A DNA stretch of 64,000 nucleotides from Azolla caroliniana (Eukaryota; Plantae; Polypodiophyta). Position 1 is the first letter of the stretch; the number at the start of each line of letters is the position of its first letter. Location of the stretch: assembly GCA_043228905.1 (NCBI GenBank), contig JBHGNT010000004.1, positions 9,052,001 through 9,116,000 on the forward strand, read 5' to 3'. Under the pieces are notes generated by a model. The model did not search any database. It was not told the origin of the DNA and saw only the letters and a list, made by a program, of their open reading frames with translations. Positions 1 to 9,806 of this stretch are shown one piece after another. A program made the translations under genes and the position numbers.

Positions 1-257
1 TGATGAGTGTATTGTTGTTATATATCGCTGTAACTGTTGTACAGAGTGAGAGTGAGAGAGAGAGAGACATACAGAGTGATACTCTGTTGTAACCGCCATT
101 GTGCGAAGAAAAAGAGCTCGAGGTTGTTGCCTCCGAGTTTCTGATTATACCCCTTCTCTTCATAGTGATAGTTCGGAGTCTGTGGGCTCCCGTAATTTTT
201 CCCTACTAGGTTTTTCCACGTAGTTCGGAGTTTGTCGGCTCTCGTGGTTCAGAGTCT

Positions 258-2003
258 GTGATCGAAGAAGAAGAAGAAGAAGAAGAAGACACTAGAACCA
301 GAGTAGATCCCGAATCAGATGAGGATGAGGATCAGACGGAGGAACTGACAGTCAAAAACCAAGGACAGAGATATCCTCTCTGGGAGAGAAGAGGCCCCCG
401 AAAATTTCCGAATGCAGAGCATGTGTTGCTAACCGATGAGGCGGAGCCGGAAAGCTCTGAAGAAGCAAGGGGAGACACCCACAACCGCAAGTGGTTGAGT
501 GCCATGCAGGATGAGATGGTTTCCCTACATGAGAACCACACATACGAATTGGTGGAGTTGCCGAAAGGAAAGAGGGCACTCCGGAACAAGTGGGTGTACA
601 AGCTGAAACTGGGAAACGCTGGAAATCCACCAAGGTATAAGGCTCGAATCATGGTGAAGGGCTTCCAACAGAAGAAAGGAGTGGACTTCGCTGAGACCTT
701 TGCCCTAGTAGTAAAGATGGCATCCATCCGGACGGTATTGGGCATGGATCTAGAGGTAGAGCAACTGGACGTCAAGACGGCATTCCTACACGGAGATCTC
801 GAAGAAGAGATCTACATGCATCAACCGGAAGGATTTGAGAAGAAAGGGAAGGAGTACCTGGTGTGCCAGCTAAAGAAGAGCTTATACGGACTAAAGCAAG
901 CTCCCCAGCAATGGTACCGGAAGTTTGACTCCTTCATGACCGATCAAGGGTACCACAAGACGCAGGCCGATCACTGCATGTTTGTGAAGAAATTTGATGG
1001 AAGAGATTTCCTGATATTGCTCCTATACGTGGACGACATGTTGATTGTCGGACGAGACCAAGTCAAGATACGGATGCTCAAGAAGGCGCTTAACTAGACC
1101 TTCTCAATGAAAGACTTGGGTCCGGCAAAATAGATACCGGGGATGCACATCATCCAGGACCGGTCGAAGAAGCAATTGTGGCTGTCACAGGAAAAGTATG
1201 TGACAAAGGTGCTTCAGAGGTTAAACATGTTAAAAGCAAAACCGGTCAGATCGACACTACCGGCAAACTGCAGATTATCCAATAAGAAAAGCCCGAAGAC
1301 AAAGGCAGAGAAGGCGGATATGATGAAGATTCCATATGCCTCTACGATCAGGAGCTTGAGGTACGCAATGGTGTGTACTCGACCGGATATTGGATACGCA
1401 GTTGGAATGGTGAGTCGGTTCATGACCAACCTCGGAAAAGAGCACTAGAATGCAGTAAAATGGATACTCCGATACTTGAAGCGCACTTCGATTATGTGCC
1501 TCCAATTTGGCTCTGGTAAACCCCTCATGGAAGGCTTTACCGATTCGGATATGTCGACTGATGTGGACACCATCCGATCAACCTCCAGATATGTCATGAC
1601 CTATGCAGGGGGAGCCGTTTCATGGCAGTCGAGGCTGTAGAAGACGGTTGCGTTGTCCACCATGGAGGTGGAGTACATGGCAGTCGTGGAAGCCGACAAG
1701 GAAATATTATGGATGAAGGACTTCATCAGAGAGCTAGGGATCCGGCAAGAGGAATATTGGCTCTACTGCGACAGTCAAAGTGCCATCCACCTTGCAAAGA
1801 ACGTGGCATACCATTCTAGAACAAAGCACATCTAGCGCATGTACCACTGGATCCGAGAGCGAGTTGAAGATTGAGAGTTCATGCTAACGAAGATCCACAC
1901 GTAGGAGAACGGGTCAGATATGTTGACCAAGGTGCTGACACCCGACAAGCTGAACGCATGACGAAAGCGGATCGGATTTACAAGACATTCCATACCGGAG
2001 TGA
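258..2003 (+). pseudogene. Copia pol remnant (RT + RNase H) of A1 with stops and frameshifts
   Basis: ORFs 258-1097 ([25 protein letters not shown]), 1143-1448 (YAMVCTRPDI) and 1653-1835 (YCDSQSAIHLAKN..HSRTKHI). Confidence 0.9.
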
Positions 2004-2013
2004 AGGAGGAGAT

Positions 2014-2277
2014 TGTTGGGAAATCGGTCTCTCCGGATGGGATCTGGTGATGAATAAAGAGGACCTGGTGAGAACCGGAAGAGATCCAGAAACTGGAGGA
2101 GACTCGGTGAGAACCGGAAGAGAAGACAGATTTGTAAATATGTCTTGAATAAGCCCATTGAGGCTATTTCTATATGTTAAGTAATTAGGTAATTAACTAG
2201 GGTTAATTAGAGACTAATTATATGGTTACGTTAAGCAGCGGAAGATTAGTATGATATGCACGTGAGAGTGTGTGAGA

Positions 2278-2325
<48 letters not shown>

Positions 2326-3039
2326 GTTACACTTATGAACACGAAGATAAATGGGGGATGATTGACTATATTGAAAAGTGTCATCAACATACAAAAATAC
2401 CCACAATGAGGTATATATACAACCCATGTGCAAAGGTGCACATGTGTCGGTAGAACATAGGTACTTATGTGTAAGTCCTACATTAAATGTACTAAGGAGT
2501 GGAGGATCTAGAGTATCCCACTTAAGTACAAGGTCCTATTTAAAGGCTTAAGGTCAACACATTAACTAGATTCGATCTAGGTAACTACTAAGTTACATGT
2601 GTTGACTAACTAGATTAAACTAGTTGAGCTTGATATCTCAACACTATAAATAGCCTGAAGTTCATATAACTATAAATATGACTTAGGGCAATCACTTTAG
2701 TATGATGAGTGTATTGTTGTTATATATCACTATAACTGTTGTACAAAGTGAGAGTGAGAGAGAGAGAGATATATAGAGTGATACTCTGTTGTAACCGCCA
2801 CTGTGCGAAGAAACAGAGCTCGAGGTCATTGCCTCTGAGTCTCTAATTGTACCCCTTCTCTTCATAGTGATAGTTCGGAGTCTGTGGGCTCCCGTGGTTT
2901 TTCCCTACTAGGGTTTTCCACATAAACATCCTGTGTCATTTTTCTTGTGTACTCCCCACTTCCCATTTCTGTGTTTGATTCTTGAGAAGTGACTTACTAC
3001 TCGATTGTAGTCGAGCGATATTCCGTGCGTTTCTCTACA
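2014..3039 (+). repeat. 3' LTR of A1, split by a solo LTR at 2175-2643
   Basis: TG..CA ends, follows the PPT, and its 3' part duplicates 1-220. Confidence 0.8.
2175..2643 (-). mobile_element. Solo LTR of copia family B
   Basis: TGTTAAG...CTCAACA, near-identical to 8442-8881 and 14813-15257. 5-bp TSD CTATA at 2170-2174 and 2644-2648. Confidence 0.95.
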
Positions 3040-3855
3040 CACATGAGCTTTACTTTCTTCATTGAAGTTGTTATATAGGCTCATGTAGATGAAGCACCAT
3101 ATGTACGTCGTTGTCTTCGTGTGCATCACCTCCCATGTCGTGGTATCGATCTTGTCCGGTTTCTTGTCACCGAATTGTACCGGTAGCCAGAGATCTTTGA
3201 CCACGAGCATGCCCCTCATCTTCGACTTCCACACTGGGTAGTTGGAGCCGGTAAGCTTGAACATGCCGCTGAATGATTCTTCCATTCCCTTGTTTGCTCT
3301 GATACCAGTTTGTGCGGAAAATAGCGCTCAGCCACAACCGAATCTTAAACAACAAATGGAAGAAAAACAAACTAACAGCTAGATGACACAAGATGTTTAC
3401 GTGGAAACCCTAAATGGGAAAAACCACAGGAGCCCATAGACTCCAACGATCACTATAAGGGGAGGAATACAATGTGAGAGTCAGAGGCAATGACCTCGAG
3501 CTCCATGTCCTCGCCAATTGGCGGTTACAACAGAAAACTCGTTCTGTGTGTGTGTGTCTCTCTCTCACTCTCTGTGTACACTCTATCAACACTTCTAAAG
3601 TAATTACCCTAAGTCATATTTATACTTATATGAAATTTTGGCTATTTACAAATATAGCCTCAATGGGCTCACCATGAAACATATTTACACATATGTCCTT
3701 GGATCCGGTTTGCACCGAATCCATCCGGATTCACTCGATCCAGTTTCCGGGTCTCATCCAGAACCCTTCCGGATCCGGTTCCTCCATCCGGCTCGTCCAA
3801 TCTAGCTCCTTTGGTTCTCATCTGGATCCCATTCGGAGGAACTAAATTCCCAACA
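3040..3855 (-). mobile_element. 5' end of copia element C: 5' LTR 3855-3311, tRNA-iMet PBS 3307-3296, gag N-terminus 3285-3040; inserted into the integrase region of D1
   Basis: TGGTATCAGAGC PBS on the minus strand, 3 nt from the LTR. Gag start MEESFSGMFKLTGSNYPVWKSKM. The LTR shares CCCTAAGTCATATTTATA and CCGG-rich motifs with family A LTRs. D1 coding sequence (PRSGT/ERNVRK..LDVIRSDVWG) resumes at 3856. Confidence 0.85.
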
Positions 3856-6622
3856 CCAAGGAGCGGAACGTGAGGAAAGGCGCACTCGACGTAATTCGTT
3901 CTGATGTATGGGGTCCAGCTCAAATGACTACATTCGGCGGATGCTGATACTACGTGGCCTTCATCGACGACTTCTCTAAGCACACATGGATCTACCCCAT
4001 GAGGCAAAAGAGTGAAGTGTTCAGACACTTCCAAAAATTTAAGAATAAGTCGAGAAAGCCACGGGCCGACATGTACGATGTCTTCAGTCGGATGGAGGCA
4101 AGGAGTACTTCTCCAACAAATTTTCGGCTTTTCTATGGAAAGAAGGAATTCGTCAACAGTTTTCGTGTCGACATACGCCACAACAAAATGGAGTCGCCGA
4201 ACGAAAGAATTGTCACATCCTTGAAGTAGCACGGGCCATGATGAACGAAAAGCACCCACCGAAGTCGTACTGGGTTGAAGCGGCTAACACGATCGCATAC
4301 CTCATGAATCAGTGTACGACATCGGGTGTGCACGAACTTACTCCGCACGAGAAGTTTTTTGGAAAGAAGCCAGACCTATCACATGTTCGGATATTCGACT
4401 CCATTGCATACGTGCACATCCCCGATGAGAAGCGACAAAAGGTCGACCTGAAGTCGGTGAAATGTATCCTCGTACAATACTCACTGGAGCAAATGGGGTA
4501 CAAGTGCTACAACCCCTCAACTTGAAAATCTCGAGTAAGTCGAGACATCGTTTTCGACGAGTCCGCATCCTGGTACGCACCAGAGACAACTTTGACTCTA
4601 ATTCTGCTCGACCCGGAATCCACCGAAATAGAGATAGAAGTCGAAGATCGGCTAACTCGCATGCTTGAAGAAAGCCCGATTACGACAAGGCTTAGTGGGC
4701 CACAAGAGCCTCCAAGCGATCAAAGCAAATCTCGGCCAAGTCCGAAGCCGAACAAAGGGAAGGCGAAAATGTCAAAGTATGAAGACGATCACTTTGACGG
4801 TAATGAATCGACTCACTCCCTCGATAGTGAGTTTGAAGGCCTTAACATCCTGACAAATGGAACGAAGAAAGCCTTAGTATCCGCAAACGAGAAGCTTCGC
4901 CGATCCACACGTGAAAAGAACCCCATAAACCGATTCGGCTACAACGATTATATGGCGTACCATTACACCTTTATGATGAAGGTAGGAACAATATGGGAGC
5001 CGAAAACCTTTTCTGAAGCCGTGAAGGACCCGCGATGGGTCGAAGTAATGAACGAGGAGATGCGGGCACTTTGCAAGAACGAAACATGGGATCTCGTTCC
5101 CCACTCACCTGAATGTCATGTGCCAACACAATAAGCCTCTCTACGGCCTCAAACAAGCACCGCGTGCTTGGCATTCAAAGTTAAGCAATATCTTCATCAA
5201 ATCGGCTTTCGAATGTCAAAATCCGACAACTCCCTCTACATATGAAATGACTCTAGAATCTCGATTGTCATCATCCTATACGTGGATGATTTGGTCATTG
5301 GAGGAGAAAGTTTAGTCGAAATCAACAAGATGAAATCCCTCCTCTCCAACAAATTCAAGATGACGGACATGAAGGAACTTCATTACTTCCTAGGCATCAA
5401 AGTAATTTAGATTTCGACTGCCATTATGATCTCTCAACGGCACTACATTCTCAACTTATTATACAAGTTTTGGATGACATAATACAAATCTATGACAACC
5501 CCTCTCGATCTAAACCTCAAACTAGATGTCGACTCCGGCACAAACGAGTGCGAGCCGACTCAATATCGACAACTGATTGGGAGCCTCATCTATCTCACGA
5601 TCACTCGACCGGACCTCAACTATCCGGCCAGCCTCCTTAGCCAATTCATGCAAACACCGTGAGATATCCATTTTGATTGTGCTAAGAGAGTATTACGATA
5701 CGTGAGCGGCACAATGGATTACAACATCCTCTACGCATCGGCCACAACATGGGTTTTGAAGGATCTAGGCGTTCCCATCAAGGATCTGACTCCCATTTAC
5801 TGCAACAACATGAGCAGTATATATCTGGCCTGAAACCCGGTGTTCCACGCACAAAGCATATCGAAGTGCACTACCACTTCATTCGAGAGCGTGTTCAGGC
5901 TGGAGATGTCGATCTTCTACGCATCAACACGAATCTTTAGACAACCGACATCTTCACCAAGGCCCTTGGAGCCGACAAGCTTCGACAATTCATGTCAGAC
6001 CTTGGATTGACAATCCCTGTCTTGTCAAGCTTGATGGGGAGTACAACGAGAACCAGATACCATCTGAACCGGGTACGAACCGAAGCGGACACCGGAGATC
6101 GTCCAAACCGGATACCAGCCAAAGCGGACATCAATCGAAAGGAACCAACCCGAGTTGAGCTTGAGGGGGCGTGTTGAGAATCAAGCTCAACATTGTGCAA
6201 TGTGTGAACACACCTTTTGAGAATCTATGATTACTCAAAGGTCAAGAGTGACACCACTACTCTCTACACATTAACTATGTATCATAAAATCATATTCTAT
6301 GACACATAACTAATGAGTTACATATTCCCCATGACTACGAGTCTTCACATTCCCCAAGAGAGAGTGGTTGTTGTAGTTAGTTAATGAAGAGAGAGGGTGA
6401 CTATATATAAAGCACCCTCCCCATACTTCATACCAAGTTGGTTGTGACTCCTTGTAATGCTACATTTTGTATTTGTTATTCTACTTGTGAATACACACAT
6501 TCTTCTTGAGTATTCCTTTTTCTATCTATCTTGTGCTCTCTCTTCTCTCCTCTAATTCCTCTCACACATACACATAACACACATCTCTTCTGCTACACAA
6601 GAATCATACCTGATTCTTTACA
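3856..6622 (+). mobile_element. 3' part of degenerate copia element D1 (IN, deleted RT, RNase H, PPT, 3' LTR 6172-6622)
   Basis: Integrase motifs FIDDFS, WVEAANT and GYSLEQMGYKCYNP; [11 protein letters not shown]; YVDD; KHIEVHYHFIRE. PPT TTGAGGGGGCG, then LTR TGTTGAGAATC...TTTACA homologous to the D2 LTRs. Confidence 0.9.
6172..6622 (+). repeat. 3' LTR of D1
   Basis: Reverse complement of 19762-20192 and 25351-25778 with moderate divergence; TG..CA ends. Confidence 0.9.
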
Positions 6623-6699
6623 CCAATCATCAAATGATCTAGCGAAGATTCTTACTCTTAGAGTATGACTCGACTATAAAACCTCCACATCGGGCATAC

Positions 6700-8230
6700 T
6701 AGACACCAATTTACCATCATCAAAAACATAAAAAGTTTGCAACTCATTATTCCTTCCAGTCGTACTCACAACCAAAAATACTACTTGTACGAGAGAAATA
6801 TAACCTATCCAAATAGACATCACAACAAATAAGTTTTGGGTATTCTAAAAATAATTCTTTGTAAACAATCATTACCCATTGATTGAGAGCCACCCGAAAA
6901 ATCACATCGAGATGCATATGACGATGCAAGAACATCGTATATAATCCCACGAGCTAGTAGAGTCCTGAAACCAAGCATTTTCTTGAAATCCAATAAACAA
7001 TTCCTATTCTAAATAAAAGGTCGTTGATGCACGCGCTCAATACACTTAGGAGATGAAGTAAACTAACCACTCATAATATCAATCCAAACTTTAAAAACAT
7101 ATGCAAAAAAATTGTACTCCCATTTTTTACCATCTCTAAATCAAGAAAAACTCCATTTAAACCATCAAAATTATCAGGCCCAAGGGCCACAATACATAGG
7201 ATTACAAGAGTACCATATGTATTTCATAATTTATTTCCACAGTTCTTGCCCATGTAAGCATGCTTTGATCATAAATTTGCCCATCAAGGCCTTTGTGCAA
7301 TAGGATCAATGATCCCAAGACCAAACTTATATGTAGGCAATATAATGGTTGACGACTCCATCTTAGCCCTAACTATTGCATTCTATTTCCCAAACCATAG
7401 GAAATTCCTAACCAACTAGTGTAATGTAGTTAAAGACAGTTTTGCAAAATCCACATCGAAGTAGCATCAACAAAAAATTGCAAAGAAAATTGACCTACTA
7501 GAAAAAGGTAATCCCCTATATTAACTTTATAACTCCTTAGAAAATATACCATATCATCAACAAAAATAAGGAACAAATAAGGTGTCACCAGGCATCCTTG
7601 ACAAATTGATTGCGATGATGCAAATTTAGGACATTTCCCCCCAATGACCATCGCCGAACCAACCACATGAGTGTAAATTGTTGAAACTCCACAAATCCAT
7701 CCTAAAAAAAACCATTTTCCTCAAAACATGTAAGAATTGCCAATCTACCTTGTCATAAGCCTTCACATAATTTAACAAATAAATCTAGTTCTAATGTGAT
7801 TTAACAATGAATGCAATGGCTTCCCTAAAAGTAAAAATGTTAAAATATCCTATATTTAACAAAACTAGTTTGAGATTCCTGAATCCAACGCGTCAAAAAT
7901 CCTTGTAAAATATTAACCAAGATTTTTGCATACATCTTATATATAGTGTTTAATAAAGTGGCCAATCACCAATTCGCAATATCATTTAACTGAACATCCT
8001 CTTTAGGAATCATAAAATCAAATAGTCGAACAAATTGGGTGGCATACAACCCCTACCAAAGATTCTATTAAATGCAACAACAACAATACCCAATCCAAGA
8101 TCAAACACTTTTGAATGAACAACCATGTCAAACCATCACTACCAAGACATGCATCCTTATGCAACTATAACAAAGCAATAGGGTAGATGACAATTGCTTT
8201 TACCTACATTGCTAGAAATGGAGTAGATGA
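6700..8230 (-). pseudogene. Highly degenerate LINE (L1-like) reverse transcriptase remnant; boundaries approximate
   Basis: Minus-strand motif remnants in the expected order: W(R)P..LLNTIYKMYAKIL (~7970-7915), KAYDKV (~7765-7748) and SICQGCLVTPYLFLIF (ORF 7430-7666). These match the LINE RT motifs RPIxLLNxxYK, KAYD and QGCPLSPxLF. Confidence 0.65.
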
Positions 8231-8441
8231 CAACACTAAAATTTCCCAATCCACTTATGTTTTGTGATTATCTCGCACAACAAACATTAGGAATGTTGAG
8301 CAAGCAAGCTATATCGGATCCGGATCGGCTGAATAAGCATGAGCCCGATCGGTATCCGGATGGTATCCGGAAACAACCGGCTAGATCGGGGAGACAGATC
8401 GGAGAGTCGGATTTGAGCAAGAACCGAAAGCCTAGTAGTAG

Positions 8442-8881
8442 TGTTAAGTAATTAGGTAAATAACTAGGGTTAATTAGAGACTAATTATATGGTTATGTTA
8501 AATAGTGGAAGATTAGTATGATATGCGCGTGAGAGTGTGTGAGAGGAAGAGAGAGAGAGAGAGAGGAAGTTACACTTGAACACAAAGATAAATGGGGGAT
8601 GATTGACTATATTGAAAAGTGTCATCAACATTCAAAAATACCCACAATGAGGTATATATACAACCCATGTGCAAAGGTGCACATGTGTGGGTAGAACATA
8701 GGTAATTATGTGTAAGTCCTACATAAAATGTATTGAGTGGAGGATCTAGAATATCCCACTTAAGTACAAGGTCCTATTTAAAGGCTTAAGGTCAACACAT
8801 TAACTAGATTCGATCTAGGTAACTACTAAGTTACATGTGTTGACTAACTAGATTAAACTAGTTGAGCTTGATATCTCAACA
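8442..8881 (-). repeat. 3' LTR of B
   Basis: Direct repeat of 14813-15257 (~3% divergent by eye); adjacent to the PPT. Confidence 0.95.
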
Positions 8882-9500
8882 CGCCCCCTCAAGCTCAAGT
8901 GTGAGGCGTCCAACGTCTGGTTTAGCTTCCTTCGGCTTCGTCGGCATCGGTGCGGCTTGCGGCTTGCGGCTTTCTTCGCGGCGTTGCGCGGCTTTCTTCG
9001 CGTCTTCGCGCCTTCGTTGCGCGGTTCTCCGCGGCTTTGTTCTCCCCTTCAAGCTTGTGATGAAGTCTTGGATCCTCGGGCTCTTGTTCGGCCACTACCT
9101 CCATCGTGAGGGCATAGTGATGGGCCATATACTTGTTGTAGGCGTAACAAGTGACATGGGTCTTCGCTCGTGATGAGCGGCGGAGTTTCTCGTTTGTCGA
9201 TGTGAGTTTCTTACTCCGGGTGTCCTCATGATGGGTACACCGAACTCACTATCTAGTGAGCGAGCCGAATCATCTGAATCACGGTCGTCGGGGTGGACCT
9301 TGACTTCGTATTCGGGCATCTTACCTTTGCCTTTGTCCGATGTCAGACTTGGCCGTGACGTGTTTTCATCGCGTGGAGGCTCTTGTGGGCCAATTAGCTC
9401 GGTAGAGCTTGGATTGTCCTTCGGTGGAGGACATGGCCGAGTTTTGTTGTTCGAGTTGGCGTTCAACTCTTCCTCGATCGGGTCGGATGGAGTCGCATCG

Positions 9501-9775
9501 TGACAGGAATGCACGCTCCCTTTGCACAACACTCGGCCACAACCGAATCTAAAATCAAACACAGCAAACGGGTAATGAACGCACAACATAGTGAAGAGAA
9601 GAGTACACAGGATGTTAACGTGGAAAGCCCAAACTAGGAAAAAAAACCACGGCAGCCCACAGACTGCAAACTATCACATATATCAAAATGTACAATAGTA
9701 AGGCACCGAGGCAACGACCTCAAGCTTGCTATCTTCGCCACAGGCGGCAGTTACAACAGAGGCAACGACCTCTTC

Positions 9776-9806
<31 letters not shown>

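Larger units (their letters stand above)
1..3039 (+). mobile_element. Ty1/copia LTR retrotransposon A1 (Tnt1/Tork-like), internally deleted; 5' part lies outside the window; inserted into gag of element C
   Basis: 1-220 matches 2703-2921 (LTR copy). Degenerate RT/RNase H at 258-2003. PPT AGGAGGAGA just before TGTTGGG at 2014. LTR ends TTCTCTACA at 3039, where the C gag frame resumes on the minus strand. Confidence 0.85.

Noticed and set aside
2218-2453. ORFs with SLSLSL or ERERER runs (also at 14864, 27141 and 41234)
   Set aside because: Translations of (GA/CT)n microsatellites.
3700-3835. CATCCGG-rich short repeats in A and C LTRs as a CRISPR-like or satellite array
   Set aside because: Irregular U3 sub-repeats with no constant repeat-spacer period, in a eukaryotic LTR context.
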